Shown here in pieces: positions 47,008 through 56,600 of a DNA stretch of 64,000 bases; within the stretch, counting starts at the first letter, position 1; each line of letters begins with the position of its first letter. The stretch spans positions 17,099 to 81,098 of the forward strand of contig JBGTMQ010000020.1 of NCBI GenBank assembly GCA_041743505.1, read 5' to 3'. The notes beneath the pieces are model-generated. The model worked only from the letters and a program-made list of their open reading frames with translations. It was not told the DNA's origin and did not search any database. The stretch comes from Candidatus Saccharimonadia bacterium (lineage in GTDB: Bacteria; Patescibacteriota; Saccharimonadia; UBA4664). Made by a program: the position numbers and the translations under genes.

Positions 47008-47286
47008 CTAGCCGAGCGGTATCAGAGACATTCCTACGCCGACAAAAAATAGCCACCCTATTAATGAGAGATAAGTACCAATTTTGCGAGCTAACAATAG
47101 TTGCTTTCGAACCTTCTGATTCTTTTGATGACGGATGGCAATTGTTACCACTGTAAAGGCGGCAATAAGAACGACAAAGAAAATAATCGTATAAAGCTCA
47201 TATTCGTAAAGTCGCTGATTCCAAGTATTTTGCCAGTCAGGATCATTCGGGGAAAATGCACCGAAAAGAAATTGGATATTATTCAT
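47008..47286 (-). CDS. small membrane protein, paralog family A (copy 2, diverged)
   Basis: Shares the FSP.DP.W...W.QR.Y.Y..YTIIF...L.AAF...T.AIR.QK.QK.RK.LLL.RK.GTYL.LIGW motif set with family A. Confidence 0.5.
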   Translation of the reverse strand: MNNIQFLFGAFSPNDPDWQNTWNQRLYEYELYTIIFFVVLIAAFTVVTIAIRHQKNQKVRKQLLLARKIGTYLSLIGWLFFVGVGMSLIPLG

Positions 47287-47323
47287 ATATTACAGTCTAC
47301 ACAATTTAGCAACACAAAAGCAT

Positions 47324-47356
47324 AGTCCCGGGGAGCATACTATGCTCCCCGGGACT
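47324..47356. terminator. 33-nt perfect hairpin (family of 3: also ~45068-45099 degenerate, 48868-48900)
   Basis: AGTCCCGGGGAGCATA-g-TATGCTCCCCGGGACT sits between the 3' end of the hydrolase-domain gene and the 5' end of a family-A gene. Confidence 0.5.
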
Positions 47357-47363
47357 ATTGTAA

Positions 47364-47978
47364 TCAGTGTATACCGGCACGCAGTGCTGCAACAGCAGCA
47401 TTAGCGATCTTGGTCTGACCAGCATCATTGGGATGTGGGTAGCCGAAGTAGCGAGTTTGCTGCAACCGCGACAAAGGGCTATTACCAAATGCCGTCCGGA
47501 GGTCAATCACCATGACACCGGGACCTGCCAAGTCTTGGTGTAGTAGATTCAATCCATCAACTACACTTTGAGCACCATGCCATGTGCCTGTCTTGGTCGG
47601 GTCGGACGGGGTAACTGGAATTTGTCGATTCTGGCTGCATACATTATTCGCCGCCAGTGTGTAGGGGTATAGCATGTCGACAAATCTAGTGCTGGCTGAA
47701 GCCGCTCGACCGTCAGCCATTATGCGGATGAGATCGGCACGAATTGGGCCTCGTTGATCCTGAAGCCGATTGTAAAGCGTCTGCGTGTCTGGGCAGTCAG
47801 ACCAATTCTTTACGTTCCATGGCTTAAGGCTACCCGTACGATTTGCATCGTAAAAATCTTTCAGCGTGGCATCGAACCTGATATTGTTCGCACCTCCAGT
47901 TAGGCTAACGATATTCCAGCTCCCCGAGTTTGAGCGGAGACTGCGAACCATTGCATCAATCTGACCTTGCTCGAACAT
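47364..47978 (-). pseudogene. truncated paralog of the SGNH-hydrolase C-terminal domain of 48912..51479 (lacks catalytic GDS block)
   Basis: The 204-aa product aligns almost residue-for-residue with the last roughly 205 aa of the 855-aa protein. It starts just after the position of block I (GDSFSSG), so the nucleophile is absent. Confidence 0.6.
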
Positions 47979-48020
47979 TTGCCGGGTGCTGGCTCCGCTC
48001 TGTGCAACGAGCAGAGTACG

Positions 48021-48224
48021 ATAACGCCAGCCAATACACCCGAAGCGCTAGGTGACAAAATCATTGAACTCCTCCGCGACCCCGCCCGCTACCAAACCCT
48101 CCGCACGCAAGCCTGGCAATGGAGCAAAACCATCACCTTCGATCAAAGCTACGCCGACTTCACCAAAGTCCTCAATCTAACTACCACCCCCAACCAATCC
48201 CGCCAAGAAGTTCCTACTCCGTGA
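48021..48224 (+). repeat. duplicated copy (~97% identical) of the 3' end of the GT4 gene (44083-44286), fused to hydrolase-derived sequence
   Basis: About 195 bp of 44092-44286 recurs with roughly 6 mismatches. The junction uses the 9-bp microhomology ATAACGCCA, present in both parents at 44083-44091 and 49569-49577. It creates the chimeric ORF 47967..48224. Confidence 0.8.
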
Positions 48225-48321
48225 CGGGTCTTTATGCCGAACTTATAGATTTACGCACAAAAACCTGAGCGACAACAATAAGAAAATACCCGAGTGGAGT
48301 GCTATAGACTGCTAAAAACGA

Positions 48322-48519
48322 TTAAGAATTCAGCCAAATATATTGGTAATAATAAAACGCAGCTATCAAAAGCAGAAATGATAGCATTAATAAAGCGAAC
48401 GGCCTCCACCGTAGAGTCTTTGTCTTTTGGAATTGCGTCAGACCCAAACCAAGAGAAACAGCACCACCCAAAAGAATAATACCGAGCAGAACAAGCTCTA
48501 AATATGTAGACGATTTCAT
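48322..48519 (-). CDS. small membrane protein
   Basis: 65 aa with 2 TM helices. Confidence 0.3.
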   Translation of the reverse strand: MKSSTYLELVLLGIILLGGAVSLGLGLTQFQKTKTLRWRPFALLMLSFLLLIAAFYYYQYIWLNS

Positions 48520-48543
48520 ATAAGCATTATAGAAGACATTTAC

Positions 48544-48831
48544 TTACTGACCGAATAATGCCCAAATCCAACCCATTTGAATACTAACAAACAGCCCCCA
48601 GCCAATAAGGGCGAGATAAGTTCCAGCCTTGCGAATGAGCAATAATCGCTTTCGAATCTTCTGATCCTTTTGACGGCGGATCGCCATCGTGATGCCGATG
48701 AATGCCGCGACTAGGATGATAAGGAAGATAATGGTGTAGTTTACGTAATCATAAAAGCGGTTGGTCCAAAAAGCGACCCATTCAGGGTCTGTCGGAGAAA
48801 AATCACCAAGATAAAAATGTATATGATTCAT
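48544..48831 (-). CDS. small membrane protein, paralog family A (copy 3)
   Basis: About 95% nt identity to 44743..45045 over the 3' roughly 230 bp. The 5' ends differ. Confidence 0.55.
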   Translation of the reverse strand: MNHIHFYLGDFSPTDPEWVAFWTNRFYDYVNYTIIFLIILVAAFIGITMAIRRQKDQKIRKRLLLIRKAGTYLALIGWGLFVSIQMGWIWALFGQ

Positions 48832-48911
48832 AGCAATAGTCTACGATAATTTTGCATAGAAAAGCAAAGTCCCGGAGAGTAAGGTGCGCTCTCCGGGACT
48901 ATATGTTGTTC

Positions 48912-51479
48912 TTAGCGTGCATCAGCTCTCAGGGCCGTAACCGCAATGCTAGCCATCTTGGTCTGTCCAGCATCGTTGGGGTGCGGATAACCAAAGTAGC
49001 GGGTTTGCTGCAATCGCTGCAATGGTCTGTTGCCAAACGCCACTCGTAGGTCAACCTTAATCACGTCAGGGCCTGCGAGGATCTGATGTAGGCGGTCAAG
49101 TTCATCAATGACGCTTTGGGCGCCATGCCAGGTACCCATTTGAGATGGGTTAGAAGGATTGGTAGGCACCTGGCGGTCCTGGCTGCACACATTGCTCGTC
49201 GGTAGTACGTATGGATAGAGCATGTCAACAAACCTGGTGCTGGACGAAGCCTCTCGGACAGTAGCAACAATCTGAGCCAGGTCGGCAGTGATTGTGCCTC
49301 TCTGAGCTAGCAAGCGGTTATATAATGCTTGCGTATCGGGGCAGTCAGACCAGTTGGTGACCGCCCACGGCTTAGGATCGCCCGAAGGATGCTCCTCATA
49401 GAATTCACGCAGCGTGTTGAGAAAGTCGATGTTGTTTGCACCTCCAGTAAGGCTGACGATATTCCAGCTCCCTGCGTTTGCACGAATGGTGCGAACCATC
49501 ACATCAATCTGACCTTGCTCGAACATTTGCCGGGTGCTGGCTCCGCTCTGTGCAACGAGCAGAGTACGATAACGCCACTCGTTAGGCACGCCAACGTTGA
49601 GTTTGCTGGCAGCGCGAGTTACCCAGGAGAAGTTTGGATCGTTCGCTGCGTATGACTTTGGGCTACACGACCCAACTAACGGCCACTCGATGGGTGCACA
49701 ACTGCGATTATCCACATCCTGATGGTGACCGCTACTGAAAGAGTCACCAACGCCAATCCATCTCGGTGCCGGAGGCACCTTCAGCTTCGTTGGCGCACCC
49801 CCATAAACAGGCGCATCAGACTTGGCAATCCGGGCAGTAATCGAGACGTTACCACTCGGCGGGAGCCGGTGGATCGAATCAAAGACCTTCCACTGGAAAC
49901 GGTACTGGCTGGGAGCCGTACCGCCCGCGGCACAAATCTGAGGCCGCTTCTCCCAATTACCGGCCGCTATAATCAGCGTAGCCGGACATGAGACGCCTGA
50001 CAGGTCAACCGTTACATCTAGGTGATACAGTGGCGTAGTATTGCCCACTGTCCAATTCACGCCAGTAACCTTGCCGTGCTGCTTGCCATCGGCAGGCGGC
50101 GGCGGAGGCGGTGGGTTGTCCACGGGGCTCTTCCACAGCACCGTTTGCGGGTATGCCCCGGTCAAACCGGGCACATTAAACGCATCAACGCTGTAGCTGG
50201 CCTCGCTTGACTCAGTGCCGCCATTCTTGTGCAGGAGCGACAAAACCGCCTTTCCAGGGACTAACGCCATCGACGGCTTCCATCCGTAATTGAACCAGCT
50301 CTGCTGGTTAGCCGAGCTGTCGCCCTTAAGGATGATGGGACTTTGTGCTGCGCCACCAGCGCTAAAGTGTGAAACTTGCACACCGGCACAGGCATCCGAC
50401 CACAAATTACAGTCGAAACTGAAATTGATTGCCAACAGCACCTGCCCGGTCCCGTCCACATGAGGAGCTTGAACCCCGCGCAGGTAAGTACCGGCTGGAG
50501 ACGTAATCGTCTGGTGCCAGCCAGCTTGCCCTGAACCGTCAACATACTGCACATCAGCACCGCTAGATACGTGGCTGACAACCACAGCACCCCCATTGGG
50601 GGTAGCTGCCACGTACGGCCCGCCATGATTACAGCGGGTAATGTGGGGCAATGTCTTGGTCCAGGCCACACCCGCCGGACCAAACTTAGTCAGCTTGGCG
50701 TCGCCATTGGCATCCAAGCAACCCTCTGGTGTGAGAGTCTGCGTGTACCACACGACGAACAACTCGCCTGTGGCCGAAGCCGAAACATCCCGGCCAACTG
50801 CGTCGGCCGGAGCTGGTGAAGCTGTGAACGGTCCGCCTGCAGTGCGGCCGTCGTATCCGAGGTACCACACACGGCCCGAACCACTATAAGCCACCAGGCC
50901 ACGGTCATAAGCCAGCAGCTTGTCGCTACTGCCGTAAGCAAAACCGCTCAAGGCCACACCAGCAAACAGTTCGTGACCGTCACTAGCATCGTAACCATGC
51001 AGCGTGCTGCCGGTCATGCCATAAACCTGGCCGTTAGCACCAACTGCGAGCAGATCCAACCCCGTTACGGACTTACTCCACTTCTCAGTCGAGCCGCTCG
51101 CTGCAATCAGCCGGGCTTGGCCGCTGCCGGGGTTCTGGACCCGGTAGGTGTTACCCGAAGCGTCCACTACTGGTCCCGGACCAATGTAGTCCTGGTCCTG
51201 GTAGCCCACGTTCCAGCTAGCCGTCCCAGTCGCATTAATGCCCACCAGGGCGTCGCCGCCACTCGGAACACCACCATTTGAGATGGCCGTATTGGCAATA
51301 ACACCACCGTTCGGCTGCGGCGACAAAGCCGCAAAATGCCGCACCGGCACACTCCACGCAGCCCCATTCCCAAACGGGCTGGGTGCAGCTGCTGCCACAC
51401 CTGGCACTAACATCGAGAACACCAGAGTACACAAAAGCACCACGGTCAAAGACCCGGTGCTGCGGCGTGACCTAGTCAC
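48912..51479 (-). CDS. secreted multidomain protein: signal peptide + PQQ/beta-propeller-like repeat region + poly-Pro linker + C-terminal SGNH/GDSL hydrolase domain
   Basis: Signal peptide with an AAAAP cleavage-like site. Repeated G..Y/W blocks suggest a beta-propeller. PPPPPPPPA linker. SGNH block I IGVGDSFSSG and block III SLTGGANNID. Confidence 0.6.
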   Translation of the reverse strand: MTRSRRSTGSLTVVLLCTLVFSMLVPGVAAAAPSPFGNGAAWSVPVRHFAALSPQPNGGVIANTAISNGGVPSGGDALVGINATGTASWNVGYQDQDYIGPGPVVDASGNTYRVQNPGSGQARLIAASGSTEKWSKSVTGLDLLAVGANGQVYGMTGSTLHGYDASDGHELFAGVALSGFAYGSSDKLLAYDRGLVAYSGSGRVWYLGYDGRTAGGPFTASPAPADAVGRDVSASATGELFVVWYTQTLTPEGCLDANGDAKLTKFGPAGVAWTKTLPHITRCNHGGPYVAATPNGGAVVVSHVSSGADVQYVDGSGQAGWHQTITSPAGTYLRGVQAPHVDGTGQVLLAINFSFDCNLWSDACAGVQVSHFSAGGAAQSPIILKGDSSANQQSWFNYGWKPSMALVPGKAVLSLLHKNGGTESSEASYSVDAFNVPGLTGAYPQTVLWKSPVDNPPPPPPPADGKQHGKVTGVNWTVGNTTPLYHLDVTVDLSGVSCPATLIIAAGNWEKRPQICAAGGTAPSQYRFQWKVFDSIHRLPPSGNVSITARIAKSDAPVYGGAPTKLKVPPAPRWIGVGDSFSSGHHQDVDNRSCAPIEWPLVGSCSPKSYAANDPNFSWVTRAASKLNVGVPNEWRYRTLLVAQSGASTRQMFEQGQIDVMVRTIRANAGSWNIVSLTGGANNIDFLNTLREFYEEHPSGDPKPWAVTNWSDCPDTQALYNRLLAQRGTITADLAQIVATVREASSSTRFVDMLYPYVLPTSNVCSQDRQVPTNPSNPSQMGTWHGAQSVIDELDRLHQILAGPDVIKVDLRVAFGNRPLQRLQQTRYFGYPHPNDAGQTKMASIAVTALRADAR

Positions 51480-51737
51480 GACCCCCTCCTTAACATGAGT
51501 AGGCTAAAACTGTGAATGAACTTAGAACCTTGACATTATACACTGGATAGTAAAATAAGTCAACAAAAGCTACTCGGCGCAACCAATCCTACCTGCATAA
51601 GTCGGCCCAATGTCCATAATATTTGTCATATTTCACAAAACACCGCTTGCCATTAGCTTGTAAACTAGTGTAGATAATTCACAAGTACGTTGGAGTAATC
51701 CAACCACATCAAGCCGTTTTAAGCAGGTACCCAGCTC

Positions 51738-52571
51738 ATGAACCAACCGCTCATATCCGTTATCGTCCCCACTCGCAACAGCGAGCCGGTCCTGCGTCCT
51801 TGCCTCCAATCCATCAAAGACCAAACCTACCCCAACATTGAGCTCATCGTCGTTGACCGCGATTCCACCGACGCCACCAAGCAAATCGCCGCCGAATTTA
51901 CGACTCATATATATAACCACGGCCCCGAACGCTCAGCTCAACGCAACCTCGGCGCCCAAAAGGCCACCGGCCAGTACCTCGCCATTATCGATTCCGATAT
52001 GGAATTAGACCCCGAAGTCATCGAACAATGCTTCGCCCAATTCGTCGCCGACCCCACCTTGGCCGGCGTTGTCATCCCCGAAGAATCCTTCGGCCAAGGC
52101 TTCTGGGCCCAATGCAAACGCCTCGAGCGCTCATTCTACGTCGGCGTCACCTGGATCGAGGCGGCCCGCTGTTTCCCGACCAAAACCTACCACCAACTTG
52201 GCGGTTACGACGTCACCATGGTTAGTGGCGAAGACTGGGATCTCGCCCGCCGCGCCGAACAACTCGGTCCCATCGGCCACACCCAGGCCCTCATCCGCCA
52301 CAACGAAGGCCGCATCAACCTCTGGAAAACTCTCAAAAAGAAGTACTACTACGCCCAACAAGCCAAAGCCTATCTCGAAAAAAGCCAAACCGGCTCCAAA
52401 CTCACCGCCCAAGTCGGCCCGCTCCAGCGCTACAAACTGTTTTTCTCAAAACCCGGCCACCTCTTCCGCAATCCAATCCTTGGCATCGGCATGCTCTTTA
52501 TGAAAACCTGCGAATACGCCGCCGGAGCATTCGGCTACTATGGCAGCAGTCTTCGTCGTAAGCCTGTGTAA
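51738..52571 (+). CDS. family 2 glycosyltransferase
   Basis: ISVIVPTRNSE...VVDRDSTD...IDSDMEL (DXD) matches the GT2 fold. High-GC. Confidence 0.75.
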   Translation: MNQPLISVIVPTRNSEPVLRPCLQSIKDQTYPNIELIVVDRDSTDATKQIAAEFTTHIYNHGPERSAQRNLGAQKATGQYLAIIDSDMELDPEVIEQCFAQFVADPTLAGVVIPEESFGQGFWAQCKRLERSFYVGVTWIEAARCFPTKTYHQLGGYDVTMVSGEDWDLARRAEQLGPIGHTQALIRHNEGRINLWKTLKKKYYYAQQAKAYLEKSQTGSKLTAQVGPLQRYKLFFSKPGHLFRNPILGIGMLFMKTCEYAAGAFGYYGSSLRRKPV

Positions 52572-52691
52572 ATCGCCCATCCCAAACCACAATTCGGCAC
52601 TATATTTTGTGAATCTCTCTAAATTAGTTGCGACACGCAGCTAGATTTAGGTTATATTAGAGCTATATACAGCCATAACCGAAATAAATGC

Positions 52692-53639
52692 ATGACCAAG
52701 CTCGATCAATCAAATCAGTCGCCTGTGAGTATAGTTATCCCGACCTTTAACCGGCCGGATAAGCTGGAAAACCTTCTGCGCAGTATTGCTGGCTCTACAG
52801 TAAAAGATTGTGAAGTTATTATTGTTGATGATTGTTCAGCTGTTCCCACCGAAGACTCGCTTCAAAGTTATTTGCCCAGCCTTAACCTGCGGGTCAAAGT
52901 CATTCGGAACAAAACAAACCAGCAGCTCACCAAAAGCCGTAATATCGGGATGAAGGCAGCTAGCGGTAAGTACATTTTCCTTGTCGATGATGATAATATC
53001 CTCGATCCCAAGTGCATTGAGGTTTTGCGGGACAAATTAGCCAGCGATGAGCATATTGGAGTTGTTGGGCCCGTCACCTACTTCGCCAATAACCCTAAAA
53101 CAATCTGGTGGGCTGGCACTAGTCGAAATATGACAACCAGCCGCACCCATTTCATTGGAACCAGCCTACCTCTGCCCGATGAACCGTCCTGGCCGTCCGA
53201 TGACTTTCCCAATGCCTGGATGATTACCCGGGAGATTGTTGATCGCGGGTGTTTTTTGGATGAAAGGTATAAAATTCACTATGACGAAGCCGATTATTGC
53301 GCAAGAATAAAGAAGCTTGGCTACAAGCTCTTTGTCGTACGTGACGCCCGGTCAAATCACGATTTTGAACCTGATTCCCCGAGCGCTTTAGCTGAGCGAT
53401 GGCTAGACCACCGCCGTGTCTATTACTCGGCGCGTAATCGCGTAGTTTTTCATAAGGAGTACTCCACCTCAAGGGAATTTTTGCAGTTTGCGCTATTCTG
53501 GAATTGGCTATTCACAGCCTATTATATGCAATATATCTTGCGCATACCCACCAAAAACTGGAGCACTAAATTAAAGAGCTGTTTCTCTTATCTCAAGGGT
53601 TCTATCGATGGGTTTTATGGCTTTAGAGAAGGTATCTAA
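52692..53639 (+). CDS. family 2 glycosyltransferase (low-GC)
   Basis: VSIVIPTFNRPD...IIVDDCS...LVDDDN matches the GT2 fold. Confidence 0.75.
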   Translation: MTKLDQSNQSPVSIVIPTFNRPDKLENLLRSIAGSTVKDCEVIIVDDCSAVPTEDSLQSYLPSLNLRVKVIRNKTNQQLTKSRNIGMKAASGKYIFLVDDDNILDPKCIEVLRDKLASDEHIGVVGPVTYFANNPKTIWWAGTSRNMTTSRTHFIGTSLPLPDEPSWPSDDFPNAWMITREIVDRGCFLDERYKIHYDEADYCARIKKLGYKLFVVRDARSNHDFEPDSPSALAERWLDHRRVYYSARNRVVFHKEYSTSREFLQFALFWNWLFTAYYMQYILRIPTKNWSTKLKSCFSYLKGSIDGFYGFREGI

Positions 53640-56600
53640 AAAAACCAAGACCGTCTTCTGGGCAGCGCTTGGCGGGGTAGGCATCATTGTGCTTGCCCTC
53701 TTGTCAATTAAAGGCAAGATGTTCATTATCCCGGACAATATGCCCATTACCTTAGAAAATTATCAGCACATTTTCTTGAGTAATAGCGCCTGGAGTCATT
53801 TCCTCAACATACCCACCTACGATCAGTCAATCTTTATATTTCGCCAGTACATCTTCTGGCTCTCCAAACTCTTCTCATTGGAATTAGGGCAAGGGCTCCT
53901 GTTAGGGAAAATTCTGTTCGTGCTTAGTGCCGGTTGGGGCATGTATCTGCTCGGTAAAGATATTAACCGCCGGTTCTTCGATGGCCGAATCGAAACGCTA
54001 TTCTTAATCATAGGCGCTATCTTGTACGCCTTGGCTCCGGCGTTTTTAATAGCCGATAGTTTCTGGGTTGGCATTCAGTTTGGCTACTATATTATTCCCC
54101 TCATACTTTTTAGCGTTACCAAAATAGTGCTAGACGGGAACTGGGTATACTTACCGCTGTACCTGTGGCTCCTGTCTCTCAATAACGCCATTCACTATAC
54201 CTATGGTGGTTACCCGGCATTAATCGGTATTTTTTGTCTGGCGCTTATCATTGGTGAAGGCCGGAGCGAAAAAATCAAACTAGTTCGCCTCGCCATGCGA
54301 CTGACCGTCATCGCGATCGGTTATCTCCTCATAATTTCACCCAACCTGGTCGGCTTGCTGTCTCCTGATGTCGGCATGGCCACCCAGATGACCAAGCAGT
54401 CGATTGACGCGCCGTGGTCGTCGGCTTCATTTGTGAACGTGGCCGTTGGCATGAGTTCTAACAACTTAATACTTGATTATTATTCACGCGATTCGCTCAC
54501 AAAAATCGCCTACGGATTCCTGGCCTTCGTTCCGATGATCGCTCTAATCTCGCTCCTATTTCTCCCAAAATACCGCGAAGCAGCCCAGAAATATTACCGG
54601 TTTCTACTCGCCATCATTATTGGCTATATGCTTGTAATTCTGTGTTTCTCAGATGGGAGCATTTTTAAGTTCATTCATTACTCACTAGCTTTCGATGCTC
54701 CAATGGGCCGCATCCTCAGAACCACGCGGGTGACCGAAAGCTTCGTCCTTATAGCCCTAGCTCTAATCATCCCATTTTCGCTGCACGAGATAAAACGCTA
54801 TTCAAAGATCCCCACCCGTATCATGGCCGTAATAGGCACCCTCGTATTATTGGCCTATATAACCCCCGTTTTAAAAGGGGATATAAACGGGCCAATAATT
54901 TCCGTGCCTAAGCAATATCTAGAGCAGTCCAATTTTCTCAAAACTGTCGCCGACCCTTCGGTCGACAAAACCGTGGCTGCGCCGGAGTTCACCGCCTCAT
55001 ATGGGAAAGATGCGGTTATGAAGCCGCATTGGAGCCCAAACGTGGGTATGATCGCCGAGTTCCTTGGTTACTCACAACCAATACAGGCCATCCTCACGCT
55101 TGATAACTTAAGACATTATTATTACTTCACCGTATCTGACTTTTATAAAAAATCGAATAACCTGATTTTTTCCGAGGAATTCTATGCCCTTGCTCATTTT
55201 TTAAGCCTGAATAACGTCCGGTATCTGATGTTTCACGCCGATACCCAATCAAATCTGAAAGATATCGAATTCGCCGACAAGATTCTCGATTCAAAGTACT
55301 GGCAAAGTGTCTATACCAATAAAGATATAACTGTGTTTGAAAACCAAGTCAGGCAACCGGCGGTTAGCGCTTATTCCCAAGATGAAACCTCGCTTGTGTC
55401 CGGCGGCTATCGGAGTGCTGCCAGGTTTATAAACCAATTGCCCGAAACACTGAACCAAAACCGGCTATTCGCCTTCTTAGACCAAGGCGCTAACCCTGCC
55501 CTAATAGGCACGACCGGGCGACTAATTACCGATAAAACACCCGGGGACCTCAACGGCGACATTATGGCAGCCAGCGTCATTGCCGAGAAATCACTACCAG
55601 GGGCCCAAATAATCTTTCCGGCCGAGAAAACCAAGCAGTACGCCCCAGAATCAGTCTGGTCCACCGGGACATACGCCAATAACCACGAGCAAGAGTGGCA
55701 CAGATATGTAAACGAAATGGACGATTACGCCTGGGATTTTGATTGGGGCCACGGCATTCTATTTATTAACCGGGCCAAAAATAAGTTAGAAATTCCCATT
55801 GAAAACGCCAGTCAGGGGCAATCCAAAATCCATGTCCGGTACCTCAAAAACGACAAGGGCGGAGACATGTATCTCAATATTAGCGGTCAGAGGTTCCATA
55901 TTAACTCAATATCCCCCTATGACGGCTTCGGCTGGGCCAGCTTTGACGTTGGCCAAACTAAAAATAACAACCACATCATCTTAGAAAATAGCAGCGGGTT
56001 TAACGCTGTTTCAACCATCCTCATCATCGACGATAAGGCAACCAATACTATTGCCTCTACTACCAAGCCTTTAATTACGAATGCCAAGATCATCGATAAC
56101 TCACTGGAAACCAGCCCCAATATCTCCCGCGCCTCAGGTTTTGAGAGTCCATCAGACATGGCCCAGTGGCGTGTGTCGAAGAAGGAGGGCTCCTTTACAT
56201 CCAAACTAGATACCAGCCAGCCCAAAGAGGGCAAGTCGTCTCTCGTAGTCCAAACTAGCGGCCAGTCGCGGGCCTGGAGCTGGATAGAGGGCCCATCCAT
56301 AAATGTTGAACCAGGCGAGAAGTATGTCTTCAGAACCAATATCAAGCTTTCCAATGCCATGAACTCACACATCGCGCTAATCGGTAAAGGGAAAAACGGT
56401 GAGAAACAGCTAACTCAACTGCCCGGAGCTATCAGCGGCACCAGTGAATGGCAGAGTTTCCGCCACACCATCAAAATCCCGTCCGGCGTTACTTCTGTTA
56501 GAGTCGCCCTCAATGCTGGCTGGGCAAAAGACAAGTCTCGACCTGCAAAAACCTGGTTTGATGCCATCAAATTAAACCCACTAACGCCCGCCTTACCTTT

